From assembly GCA_963665115.1 (NCBI GenBank), contig OY762007.1, forward strand, positions 4,640,001 through 4,704,000: a stretch of DNA of 64,000 bases. The letters are read 5' to 3'. The notes under the pieces were generated by a model. That model did not search any database, was not told where the DNA came from, and was given only the letters and a program-made list of their open reading frames with translations. The translations under genes were made by a program, and so were the position numbers. Shown here piece by piece: positions 20,168 to 30,562 of the stretch (position 1 is its first letter; each line of letters starts with the position of its first letter). This stretch comes from an uncultured Rivularia sp. Its GTDB lineage: Bacteria; Cyanobacteriota; Cyanobacteriia; Cyanobacteriales; Nostocaceae.

Positions 20168-21307
20168 ATGCCTGTTTTATCAAATAGTGTGAAAATTTTA
20201 GTCAAAAATGCTCGATTTACAGCGGCTGAATTAGTTAACTTAGATAAGAAAATTCAGCGCAGACAAACAAACTTAAAAGAAGCAGAAATTATCGCTACAA
20301 ATTATGCCGATACTTTAGAAGCTGGTGTCGGAAACTGGTTAAATAAACTATTACGTAAATTTGGCAGTCGAGTGAAAGTCGCAGAAGCTATAGTTAATCT
20401 CGCTGAGGATACGGCATTACTCAACGGACAAATAACCATACCCGATTCCGGACGCACACACCCATCGGTTCGTAATATTCAACGCTGTTTAATTGCTTTG
20501 GCAAGTCGTACCCAAGTATTAGATTATATGCTTCCCGAATATGGAGCAGATGGAATCTATGGTGGAGAAACAGCCAAAGCTATAAAAGCATTTCAGCAAA
20601 AGAATTCACTTTCTATCACCGGGAAAGTTGACGCTCATACAGCTAAATTATTAGATAAAGCTCTCAAAACGACTAATGTACCGGGAAGTTTATTTGCAAC
20701 TCCCAAGGATATAGTTAATGCAGCGATAGAACTTTGTAGTGGAGAAATCGCACAATATTATGGTGTTCCTCAACCTTGGATAAATAACGATCCTAAGCAT
20801 AACGTTCCTGTAGATATCCACTTTAACTATCTTGTAAATCGCTGGAAGTGCAATCTATTTGGCGGTAATGTATTGCGTAAAGCTGGTTACGAACCTCCTT
20901 ATTACAAAGATAATACGAATGATGGAAAAGGCGAATATCCTAACGCCAATCAATGGTATAAATGGACTGAGAAATATGCTCTTAGACAGGCAAATCCCGT
21001 GCGTTTCGAGTTAATTGCTGAAGTTGCTGCAAGTTCTTTACCTCAAAGCGAAGCAAGAAATCGAATTCATCAATTATTTGCTTTGATTCAACCCGGTGAT
21101 TTCTTGATGGTAGACCATCAAGGAGGACACACTCAAGATGGAGGACATACTCGGGTTGCTGTTAAAAGTGATTTTCAAGCTTCGGGTAAAGTATCTTTCG
21201 CGCAAGCTAGATTTGAGAAAGCAATGATTTTGGATGAAAGCGTTGATGATTTAGTTCATAAAGATGAGGAAAATATTTGGTTAATGCGTCCGAATGTGAG
21301 AATGTAA
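20168..21307 (+). CDS. Peptidoglycan-binding protein with putative Cys-His (NlpC/P60-like) hydrolase domain
   Basis: ADGIYGGETAKAIKAFQ...ITGKVD; KCNLF ... PGDFL ... GHT. Confidence 0.65.
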   Translation: MPVLSNSVKILVKNARFTAAELVNLDKKIQRRQTNLKEAEIIATNYADTLEAGVGNWLNKLLRKFGSRVKVAEAIVNLAEDTALLNGQITIPDSGRTHPSVRNIQRCLIALASRTQVLDYMLPEYGADGIYGGETAKAIKAFQQKNSLSITGKVDAHTAKLLDKALKTTNVPGSLFATPKDIVNAAIELCSGEIAQYYGVPQPWINNDPKHNVPVDIHFNYLVNRWKCNLFGGNVLRKAGYEPPYYKDNTNDGKGEYPNANQWYKWTEKYALRQANPVRFELIAEVAASSLPQSEARNRIHQLFALIQPGDFLMVDHQGGHTQDGGHTRVAVKSDFQASGKVSFAQARFEKAMILDESVDDLVHKDEENIWLMRPNVRM

Positions 21308-21361
21308 TTAATAATTTCACATTGCCCGAGATGTGGCAATGCTACGTCTCGACAAGAATTT

Positions 21362-21856
21362 ATGATTGAATTTAAAATTGTTAATAATACTGAAGCGATT
21401 TCTAAAGTTGCCAAGTTAGCAAAGGATATTTGGAACGAGCATTATTTACCAATGATTGGCAGCCATCAGGTTTCATATATGCTCGATAAGTTTCAAAGTG
21501 AAGATGCTATCGAGCAGCAAATAAAAGAAGGATATAAATATTATATAATTCTTGAGAACCAAGTAGAAGCCGGGTATTTTTCTGTTAAGGATAAATCAGA
21601 AAAGTTATTTTTGAGTAAATTATATGTTCAAAAATATTTTCGAGGAAAAGGTATTGGGAAACAGGCAATCAAGTTTATTAAAAGCAATTTTGACAATCCC
21701 GTTATTCAACTAACTGTAAACAAAAATAATTCTCACAGCATCACTTTTTATCAAAATGTTGGTTTTAAGGTTGTTGATGATGTTGTTACAGATATTGGAG
21801 GTGGGTTTGTGATGGATGATTATGTGATGGAAATGCAGACTGTGGGTAATTGGTAA
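21362..21856 (+). CDS. GNAT N-acetyltransferase
   Basis: LSKLYV, RGKGIG, LTVNKNN, FY-x-x-x-GF. Confidence 0.9.
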   Translation: MIEFKIVNNTEAISKVAKLAKDIWNEHYLPMIGSHQVSYMLDKFQSEDAIEQQIKEGYKYYIILENQVEAGYFSVKDKSEKLFLSKLYVQKYFRGKGIGKQAIKFIKSNFDNPVIQLTVNKNNSHSITFYQNVGFKVVDDVVTDIGGGFVMDDYVMEMQTVGNW

Positions 21857-21905
21857 TTGGTAATTGGTAATTGGTAATTGGTAATTGGTAATTGGTAATT
21901 GGTAA
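21845..21905. repeat. STRR heptamer (GGTAATT)8; supplies the last codons and stop of the GNAT gene
   Basis: Directly visible. Confidence 0.95.
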
Positions 21906-22016
21906 AAAATCCTTCACAGTTGCTTTTAATACATTATATATTGCTTCTATCAGTTAAACAGAAAAAACCCGATTCATAAAAAAATCGAGTAAATAATAAT
22001 AAAAAATTATAAATAT

Positions 22017-23612
22017 CTAAGCTATTTTCAGCACTTTACGTAAAACTAATTGGTCTTCTATTTTAACTTTTAGACGACCGTTTTCTATGTCCCGAATCCA
22101 GCTTTGGCTTTTTCCCATCAGTCTTGCTAATTCCCTTTGAGAAATGCTCAGGTTTTTTCTCGCTAAACGTATTTGTTCGCCAAGTAAACCACCTGCTGTT
22201 TTAATATTTCTTCTCTTTTTAGAGTTGCCAACCCTCTGCTGTTTTTTCCTTGCTGTAAGATTTGGCTGATCCCATTTTGGTGACATTTCAAAAGCTAAAA
22301 TTCTGGCATTCATTAGCATTTTCCACTTACCACGGGGACTCACATCGGTTAACCTTCTTCCTTCATCACCATCATTAGTCCAAAATTCCAAGGCTTCATC
22401 TGGATCTTCGGGAATATCTGCTAACTTTGCCCACAGCGGCTGAATCGGTTCTGGATAACTAACTGGATCGAAAATGGGTTTCATCCCATGATGCGATAAA
22501 GTTTCTAAATCGCTTTCATAAGTTCGCAGCAGTCGTTTTCTTTCTTCCCTTTGTCTGCAAGCAATTGCGACTTTGCGATCGCCATATGCAACACGCATTA
22601 ATGTAGGTACTGTAATGCGCTGTTGTTTGCCCATTTTTGCTTTGAACATTAACCACATCATAAGTCTTGCCGCACCTTCATGCTGCTGCCAAATACTCAT
22701 CACTGTAGTCAGCAAAGATTTAGGCAAATTACCATACTGATAAAAGGCTGTTCGCTCTTTGCAAGCATCTTTATTTAAAAAATACTTTGCCCAATCACCA
22801 GCTTTGACTCTAAATGTTAAACCTACCAAATATTTACATCCTAGATCGTCATGTTGGAAATGATGCTGAATTCCTGTTAAATCCCAAAGCTTACTTTTTT
22901 CTAAGAAAATTGGTTTGATACGCCCCTGTTGCGGCAAATCAATCGAAAGCATTAAGGAGCAAGCTTGGAGAACTAAATTTTTCATCAAAGCCAATTTTGT
23001 GGTTTTGTTCAAGTCTTTGCGTTTTTCTAACCCTAAATACTTCTCTATTTGCTTATCGTCTACAACAAACTCTTCCTCCCAAGATTTTTCCGAAAAAGTC
23101 GCATAAGCTGCAAAAATTAAATGCACGCAAGCAGATCGAATATCCAGAGCTTCTACTGCTTCTAAATCTGTGGCAAGTTCGCTTGCTTCAGAATAAGAAT
23201 TAAGATGAAAAGCAATTTTCCCCTTTCCTTGATTGATCTTTTTGCTGTAACGTACTTGGTTGTTTTCATCTATTTCCCAAGGCAAAGATGCTCTTTGAGA
23301 TAACACATTACAAGCTTCCCAAATCGGAATACCCGATGCAAATGGATTACTTTTACCATTAAAAAATAAATCGGAACTAGTTAATTCTCTATCGTCAATT
23401 TTGCACCTCCCTTTTTTTACTTGTAATGGTATTGGAGACTTACTCGGACAGGCAGATACGCACTGGGGTTCTGAATAATAACCCTCGCAATTGTTACATA
23501 AATGAGGGTCAATCCAATATTCACCATTATCGATTTTGATAGCACCTGTTGGACACTGAAAACGACATTTGTCGCATCCAGCACAACTATTGTTAGATAT
23601 TGTATAAGGCAT
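22017..23612 (-). CDS. patB: PatB/CnfR transcriptional activator of nif genes (N-terminal 2x[4Fe-4S], C-terminal HTH)
   Basis: CAGCDKC...CP and CNNC...C...CP ferredoxin motifs; XRE HTH ISQRELARLMGKSQSWIRDIENG; divergent from coxBAC as recalled for Nostoc PCC 7120. Confidence 0.9.
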   Translation of the reverse strand: MPYTISNNSCAGCDKCRFQCPTGAIKIDNGEYWIDPHLCNNCEGYYSEPQCVSACPSKSPIPLQVKKGRCKIDDRELTSSDLFFNGKSNPFASGIPIWEACNVLSQRASLPWEIDENNQVRYSKKINQGKGKIAFHLNSYSEASELATDLEAVEALDIRSACVHLIFAAYATFSEKSWEEEFVVDDKQIEKYLGLEKRKDLNKTTKLALMKNLVLQACSLMLSIDLPQQGRIKPIFLEKSKLWDLTGIQHHFQHDDLGCKYLVGLTFRVKAGDWAKYFLNKDACKERTAFYQYGNLPKSLLTTVMSIWQQHEGAARLMMWLMFKAKMGKQQRITVPTLMRVAYGDRKVAIACRQREERKRLLRTYESDLETLSHHGMKPIFDPVSYPEPIQPLWAKLADIPEDPDEALEFWTNDGDEGRRLTDVSPRGKWKMLMNARILAFEMSPKWDQPNLTARKKQQRVGNSKKRRNIKTAGGLLGEQIRLARKNLSISQRELARLMGKSQSWIRDIENGRLKVKIEDQLVLRKVLKIA

Positions 23613-24883
23613 AAGGCTTATTGCCACTTCACTTCTTGCGACTTTGGCTCAAGTCCTACCTAGATGTGTCTTCATCGTAAATTTTATTTACCACACTTTA
23701 CGACAAGAAAAAGGTTTACTTCTCGTAATTACTGACTCACATCTATAAATTTACTCTACGATTAATTACAGGAAGTTAATTAGTAGTATTAACCCGATCC
23801 TGTATTTCACACTTCGTTATTTATAGTTTTCATAAAGTTGTTAAAAAGTTTTGTTCGTAATGAGCTAAGGACTATTTTTTATGCTATTTCTACAGGTTTA
23901 GTGATAAATCATCACTTAATGACCTGCAAAAATATTTTAATTGTTCTCAAAGAACAACTCAATTGCTAATATCTTTTTGCAGAAAATTTATTTGATTTTA
24001 CTTGCGTCTATTTCTTATCTTAACATATTCTTCACGTAACCTTTATATTTATTTAGTTTTTGTTTACAATAGATTTTTAAGTATTTAATCCTATAGTGAT
24101 TTTAAAGTTTGGATACTAAGTTAAAAATCTGCTAAGTATTGCTAGATTTATTTTTTGATTGATTGCATAAAATAGGTTATTCATGAACAAATCACTAAAA
24201 TCAAAATAGTCATAAATTAACAAATGTAAATTTGAAAATACTATAGTATGATGAATAATATTTTTTACACAAAACTATTAATCAAAGATAAATTATATTT
24301 TGTAAACTTTATTTTTAATTCATAATCAAGTTAGCTGAATTAAGCTATCTTGGAATCAATGCTGGAATAAGGTTTAGTCAAGTAGACAGATATAGGTAAA
24401 TCTAAAATAAACGTGTCCTCCACTTATTAGATAACTTCGTGTAGCTGAATTATGTAATAAGCATTATTAACCGTCTAAATTAGACAGTATTTATATCTTG
24501 CGAACTTATCCCTCATAGAGAAAAATTATGTTCAATTGCTGCGTTTTATGAATCTTAAAATTAGTAGCTGCTTCTCTTTCAAGATTTACTCATCAAGACA
24601 TTATCCTAAAATCTGAAAGTCGTGTAATAAGTACATAAGTTTTAAAGTTATAAAAAAGAATTAAAAGCGTAGCGAAACAAACTTAAAACTTATGCATTTT
24701 CTTGCCAAATAGATGTAGCAAAGAAATTTTTACGGAATTACATAAGTATATGAAGGAAATCGCACCGCGTACCCTCATACCGTATAGATTCAATCGGCGG
24801 ATGAATGTAATAAACTAAAAGCGAAATCTGAAAATAAGCACATTCATCACCAAATTACACGAAACTTTATATCATAAGTCGCC
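23613..24883. promoter_or_regulatory. Long AT-rich divergent promoter region between patB and coxB
   Basis: About 1.27 kb with no ORF between divergent genes; individual sites not resolved. Confidence 0.6.
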
Positions 24884-25865
24884 ATGCAACAAATTCCTGC
24901 TTCATTACTAACCTTGGTTGCTGGAGCTTTAGTCACAATCATAGGTTTATGGGTTAGTCAAACTCATAATTTATTACCAGTACAAGCATCCGAACAAGCA
25001 CCATTGGTAGACGGATTCTTCAACGTCATGTTCGCGATCGCCATTGCTTTATTCTTAATCGTAGAAGGAACAATCCTATTTTTCGCGATTCATTTTCGTC
25101 AGCGTAAAGGCGACGAGACAGATGGGCCCACCAATTGAAGGAAACGTTCCTTTAGAAATATTTTGGACTGCAATTCCGACTCTAATAGTTTTTGCTTTAG
25201 GTATCTACAGCGTAGATGTCTACAAGCAAATGGGAGGATTTCCGTCATCTACTCCAGTAATAGAGGCTCAAAATCATCACGGTAGTGGAAGTGCCATTGC
25301 AGCCACGATCGGCGAAGCTCCGATAATTTCATCAGAAGCAGCACCTTTAGCCAGTCAAAAGGTTGGTATTAAAGGCTCACCCGAACAGCAAGGTAAAGCA
25401 GCAGATGTAACTGTAGACGTTACCGGAATGCAGTTCGCTTGGATTTTCAGTTATCCACAAGATAATGTCACATCCGGTGAATTACACGTACCAGTAGGTG
25501 CTGACATACAGTTGAACATTGCAGCAACAGACGTAATCCACTCATTTTGGGTACCGCAATTTCGTTTAAAGCAAGATGCGATTCCTGGAATGAATACCGA
25601 ATTGCGATTTGTCGCCACCAAACCGGGAACTTATCCCGTGGTTTGTACAGAATTATGTGGTGCTTATCACGGTGCAATGAGAAGTAAAGTAATCGTTCAC
25701 ACTCCCGAAGAATATCAAGGCTGGTTGCAAGAAAACCGCGTTGCACAGCAAGAATCGCAAACAGTTGCAATTAACCCCGCACAATTATCATCATCCGAAT
25801 ATCTAGCTGCATACAATTCGGAAATTGATATTAACTCAGCAACTCTTGCTCAAATTAATAAATAG
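24884..25865 (+). CDS. coxB: Cytochrome c oxidase subunit II (CuA-containing, cox2-type); one apparent +1 frameshift at 25124-25129
   Basis: The two ORFs join as DETDGPPIEGNVPLEIFWT; CuA ligands DVIHSFW...CTELCGAYHGAM. Confidence 0.92.
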
Positions 25866-26053
25866 GGAATTGGGGATAGGGCATTGGGCATTGGGCATTG
25901 AGAATAAATATTTAAGAGTGGGTTAGCGTAGCGTGTCCGTAAGGACATACGTCTCGCTCGCTATTTAACTACCTTATCTCCCCATCTCCTTTTCCCTTAT
26001 CCCCCATCTTCTCAAAAAAATCTAAAATCCTGTTAGCGAAAATCCAAAATCGA

Positions 26054-26985
26054 ATGACTCAATTAGAACATCCACAAAGTACAACTGAAGTGGCTGCTCA
26101 TGCTCATCCCGAAGCATGGAAGTGGTATCAATATTTCACATTTAATGTAGACCACAAGGTAATTGGAATCCAATACCTAGTGACATCGTTTATTTTTTAT
26201 CTGATCGGTGGATTGATGGCTGTAGCCATGCGTGCCGAATTGGCGACACCGGATGCAGATTTACTCGATCCTAATCTGTATAATGCTTTTCTGACCAACC
26301 ACGGAACAATCATGATTTTTCTGTGGATTGTTCCCAGCGCAATTGGTGGCTTCGGTAACTATTTAATACCGCTGATGGTTGGCGCTAGGGATATGGCTTT
26401 CCCGAAGCTGAATGCTGTAGCCTTTTGGTTAAACCCGCCAGCCGGAGCTTTAGTTATAGGTAGTTTCTACTTCGGTGGTTCTCAATCTGGCTGGACAGCC
26501 TATCCACCCTTAAGTTTGGTAACGGCGAATACCGCTCAAAGTATGTGGATTCTCGCCATTGTTTTGGTCGGAAGTTCCTCTATTTTGGGTTCATTGAACT
26601 TTGTTGTTACCATCTGGAAGATGAAAGTTCCTTCTATGAAGTGGGATGAATTACCCTTATTTTGTTGGGCAATTTTGGCTACTTCATTATTGGCACTTGT
26701 TTCTACACCAGTACTAGCTGCTGGTTTGGTATTGCTGCTATTTGATATTAACTTCGGTACTTCCTTCTTTAAACCAGATGAAGGCGGTAACGTGGTTATT
26801 TACCAGCATCTATTCTGGTTTTATTCTCATCCAGCAGTTTATTTAATGATTCTGCCTATCTTCGGGATTCTTTCTGAAGTAATTCCGGTTCATGCACGTA
26901 AACCAATTTTTGGATATAAGGCGATCGCCTATTCCAGTTTGGCGATTTGCGTTGTAGGTTTATTTGTGTGGGTTCATCATATGTT
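26054..26985 (+). CDS. coxA: Cytochrome c oxidase subunit I, 5' part (interrupted)
   Basis: DHKVIG, HGTIMIF, GWTAYPPL, FWFYSHPAVY, ends at VWVHHMF. Confidence 0.95.
26971..26985 (+). repeat. Left recombination core GGTTCATCATATGTT
   Basis: Identical to 28749-28763. Confidence 0.95.
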
Positions 26986-27019
26986 TCTTATTGATTAATA
27001 TTCCCTAAAAGCTGTAAAT

Positions 27020-27066
27020 TGTATCTAACAAACACTGTAGCCAATAAACATTGTTTGTTATGAACA
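27020..27066. promoter_or_regulatory. Three adjacent TGT-N9-ACA sites (putative NtcA sites)
   Basis: 27020-27034, 27036-27050, 27052-27066; exact 16-bp period. Confidence 0.55.
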
Positions 27067-27097
27067 GTTTTTAAGGAATATATAGGGAATAAACACA

Positions 27098-28492
27098 ATG
27101 GAAGCAGACATCTACCAAGAAGCATTTAAAGACTTTGAATCATCAGCTACAACAGACGGCAGCTACTTGGGTATAAATAAAGCACGATTAGAGTTAGAAG
27201 CACATATGGAAATGAAGATAGAAGAAAAATTAAAAGAAGCTAATTTACGACTTAAAGAAATTAATGCGAAAGTTTCCTTGACTCGGAAAGGTAATGCAGT
27301 ACAGCTACGAGCTACGTTACCGCTTAAACCAGGTGACATTAGTACAAAAGGTAGACATACAAAGCAGTATCAAATATCGTTGAATATTCCAGCTAACTTA
27401 GATGGATTAAAAACAGCAGAAGAAGAAGCCTATGAATTAAGTAAGTTAATATCCAGAAAGTGTTTCGAGTGGAATGACAAATATTTAGGGCATAAAACCT
27501 CTGATAATGTTGATATAACCTTTGGTGAAATATACGAAAAATTTGAAGATATTTTTTTTCAATCAAGAAAAAGAGATATCAAAAGCGAACATACTTTAAC
27601 TGAATACAAAAAAGTTTTTAAAAGAGAATTTTTACCAAATTTAATTGTAAATAAAAGCAATATCGAAATTTCTCTAAAAAAAGTTGATTCAAGCAGCAAA
27701 AGATTTCAAGCGCTAAAAGTTGCCAGCATCATTTGCAAATACCTAGAAATAGACTGTGACTTTAAAACACTCAAGCTTCCTATCAAAGTACAAAAAAGAG
27801 ATATCCCTCAAGATAATTTGATTATTCAAGGTTTTTATGCATTCGATAAATACAGTGAATTAAACAAACATAAAAAAAATCCTTATTGGAATACTTACTT
27901 AATATATAGATTGGCTTATGGTTTAATAGCGACTTATGGATTGCGCCCTAGAGAAGTATTTAATCAACCCGATATTGATTGGTTTATGAGTGAAGATAAT
28001 ATCGATAATACTTGGAAAGTTCACAATGATAATAAAACAGGAGCGAGGGAAGTATTACCCTTTATGCCGGAGTGGATTGAACTATTTGATTTAAAAAATA
28101 AAAAGTCGTTTAATTTACTTAAACAAAGAACTGAAAAAATTAAATGTTCTTCACAATTAACTATTATAGTAGATAAAAATTCTCAATGGTTTAAAAGAGT
28201 TGGATTAGAATTTAAACCTTATGATTTACGTCATGCTTGTGCTATTAGAGCGCATTTACAAGGCATACCAATTAAAGCAGCAGCAGACAACTTAGGGCAT
28301 TCCATAGAAATGCATACGAAAGTTTATCAAAAATGGTTCTCATTAGAAAATCGTAAGAGAGCAATTAATACAGCTTTAAGTGAAAAAGAAGAATTAGAAA
28401 TAATTAAAGAGAAAAATATTTATCTACAAAATAGGGTGGATTTTTTAACCGCAGAATTAGAAAAGTATAAATTACAAGCAGTTAGTACATAG
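27098..28492 (+). CDS. XisA/XisC-like tyrosine site-specific recombinase (excisase)
   Basis: LRATLPLKPG...QY-x-ISL N-terminal arm; GLRPRE, KTGAR, YDLRHACAIR, LGHS...HTKVYQKW catalytic motifs. Confidence 0.92.
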   Translation: MEADIYQEAFKDFESSATTDGSYLGINKARLELEAHMEMKIEEKLKEANLRLKEINAKVSLTRKGNAVQLRATLPLKPGDISTKGRHTKQYQISLNIPANLDGLKTAEEEAYELSKLISRKCFEWNDKYLGHKTSDNVDITFGEIYEKFEDIFFQSRKRDIKSEHTLTEYKKVFKREFLPNLIVNKSNIEISLKKVDSSSKRFQALKVASIICKYLEIDCDFKTLKLPIKVQKRDIPQDNLIIQGFYAFDKYSELNKHKKNPYWNTYLIYRLAYGLIATYGLRPREVFNQPDIDWFMSEDNIDNTWKVHNDNKTGAREVLPFMPEWIELFDLKNKKSFNLLKQRTEKIKCSSQLTIIVDKNSQWFKRVGLEFKPYDLRHACAIRAHLQGIPIKAAADNLGHSIEMHTKVYQKWFSLENRKRAINTALSEKEELEIIKEKNIYLQNRVDFLTAELEKYKLQAVST

Positions 28493-28748
28493 TTCAAAGC
28501 AAATTTTACTCAGAAGAGGCATAATTTAGCAAACTTGGAAGTAAATTATAATTGTTTCCAAGTTATTTATTGTCTATATAGATACTCAAATTATGAATAT
28601 ATTTTTTTAAGGAATAAATAGCGAATATAAACATGAGAAATAACTTGATTTATGTAATTGTGGGCAGTAATTGAATATGTATTTAAGGAATATTTAGAGA
28701 ATAATAATTAAAATAAACATTTAGCTTTTGCTATCTAAAGATTTTAAT

Positions 28749-28763
28749 GGTTCATCATATGTT
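28749..28763 (+). repeat. Right recombination core GGTTCATCATATGTT
   Basis: Identical to 26971-26985. Confidence 0.95.
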
Positions 28764-29500
28764 CACCAGCGGTACACCGGGCTGGATGCGGATGTTTTTT
28801 ACCATCTCCACCCTGATAGTTGCAGTTCCTACCGGAATCAAAATCTTTAGTTGGGTGGCGACTCTTTGGCAAGGAAAAATTCGCTATACTAGCGCGATGC
28901 TGTTCGCTATCGGCTTATTGATGATGTTCGTTTTAGGTGGAATCGGTGGCGTTACCTTGGGTACAGCACCATTCGACGGACACGTTCACGATACATATTA
29001 TGTAGTTGCTCACTTCCACTACGTCTTATTTGGCGGTTCCGTATTTGGTATTTACGCTGCGATATACCATTGGTTCCCTAAAATGACCGGAAGAATGATG
29101 AATGAAAGATTAGGTCAAATTCACTTTGTCCTTACCTTCATCGGCACCAACTTAACCTTTTTACCCATGCACGAACTGGGTTTACAAGGAATGCCTCGTC
29201 GAGTTGCCATGTACGATCCACAATTTGAAGCTATCAATCAGCTTTGTACTTATGGTGCTTATCTGTTAGCAGTATCCGTAATTCCTTTCACCATCAATGT
29301 TATTTGGAGTTGGATGGCTGGAGCAAAAGCTGGCGATAATCCTTGGAATGCTTTGACATTAGAATGGACAACCGCTTCACCACCAGCCATTGAAAACTGG
29401 GAAGAATTACCCGTCGTAACTCACGGCCCCTTACGATTACGGCGTGGTAACTGAGGGTGAACCTTTAGAACCCACAGCAGAAGCAGAAGCCACTGCTTAA
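28764..29500 (+). CDS. coxA: Cytochrome c oxidase subunit I, 3' part; apparent +1 frameshift at C-run 29427-29430
   Basis: TSG...AVPTGIK, HDTYYVVAHFHYVL, GMPRR; removing one C gives HGPYDYG... with stop at 29498-29500. Confidence 0.93.
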
Positions 29501-29540
29501 GTAGGTCAAAGGTTATAGGTTAAAGGTCAAAGGTGGAATT

Positions 29541-29651
29541 GTAGTGCGAGCATCTTGCTCGCTGATGTTTAAAACGAGCATCTTGCTCGCTGATGTTTAA
29601 AACAAGCATCTTGCTCGCTGATGTTTAAAACGAGCATCTTGCTCGCACTAC
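29541..29651. repeat. Tandem REP array, four hairpins, 28-bp period, GTAGT...ACTAC termini
   Basis: CGAGCATCTTGCTCGC separated by TGATGTTTAAAA. Confidence 0.9.
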
Positions 29652-29652
29652 A

Positions 29653-29758
29653 TACAGCATATTTCATCTTTGTAAGGTACATTCGGACGGGCAGGGATGC
29701 CCATCCCACAAGAGTTTTGTAATATGAGGCTGTACCTCACTTATTTGCAAAGTGTGTA
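29653..29758. mobile_element. MITE-like element with about 29-bp imperfect inverted ends (TACAGC...GGTACA family)
   Basis: Ends match those at 43967-44078 and resemble 41387-41502. Confidence 0.6.
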
Positions 29759-29837
29759 GTTCAAGCACAATCCAAAATCCAAAACAAAAACATCTGTTGT
29801 TAAGATCTAAAATCCAAAATTTAATAGGGGATACAAT

Positions 29838-30428
29838 ATGGCGATCGCCACAGAAAACTCACCAGCGCAACATGAAGAACACGCCGATTTACGAGTTATA
29901 GGATTAATAACTTTCCTAATCTCGGAATCCTTAATGTTTGGTGGATTCTTTGCTACCTATTTGTTCTATCGAGGAACCACTGCAACTTGGCCCCCCGAAG
30001 GAACAGAAGTAGAGTTATTGTTGCCAACCATCAACACCATCATTCTAGTGTCAAGCAGTTTCGTCATTCACTTCGGCGATTCAGCGATTAAAAAGAATGA
30101 TGTCAAAGGAATGCGAAAATGGTACAAAATTACCGCATTCATGGGAATTATTTTCTTGCTAGGTCAAGTTTACGAGTATCTGACATTAGGATACGGAATG
30201 ACTAGCAACTTATTCTCCAACTGTTTTTACCTGATGACAGGATTCCACGGCTTACACGTATTCATCGGAGTCTTGTTAATTTTAGGTGTATTGTGGCGTT
30301 CCCGTCGCACCGGACATTACAGCGAACACAAACATACCGGAATCGAGATGGCAGAAATCTACTGGCACTTTGTAGATATCATCTGGATTGTACTCTTCAC
30401 GCTGCTTTATATTCTTACTAAATTTTGA
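29838..30428 (+). CDS. coxC: Cytochrome c oxidase subunit III
   Basis: FLISESLMF, NTIILVSSS, TGFHGLHV, YWHFVD. Confidence 0.95.
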   Translation: MAIATENSPAQHEEHADLRVIGLITFLISESLMFGGFFATYLFYRGTTATWPPEGTEVELLLPTINTIILVSSSFVIHFGDSAIKKNDVKGMRKWYKITAFMGIIFLLGQVYEYLTLGYGMTSNLFSNCFYLMTGFHGLHVFIGVLLILGVLWRSRRTGHYSEHKHTGIEMAEIYWHFVDIIWIVLFTLLYILTKF

Positions 30429-30562
30429 AGAATTGGGAATTGGGGATTGCGAATTGGGCATTGGGCATAGCTCACGGAGTTAGGAGTGAGGAATTGACAT
30501 TTCCCCTTGTCCCTTTGTCCCCCCCCTCTACCCCCTCTACCCCCTCTCCTTAAATCAAAACT

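Larger units (their letters stand above)
26971..28763 (+). mobile_element. coxA-interrupting excision element (1778 bp between equivalent repeat positions)
   Basis: 15-bp direct repeat at 26971-26985 and 28749-28763; internal tyrosine recombinase; excision restores the coxA frame. Confidence 0.93.

Noticed and set aside
24669..24780. NtcA or DIF1 sites upstream of coxB (GTA-N8-AAC at 24669, TACGGA near 24731, GTA-N6-TAC near 24769)
   Set aside because: All imperfect and expected by chance in AT-rich DNA without a mapped start site
26986..28748. Group I/II intron or intein in coxA
   Set aside because: The ORF is a tyrosine recombinase, not a reverse transcriptase or homing endonuclease; there is an in-frame stop; and the 15-bp direct repeat indicates DNA-level recombination
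28747..29454. Independent gene starting MVHHMF
   Set aside because: The ATG is created by the element-repeat junction; this is the 3' half of coxA
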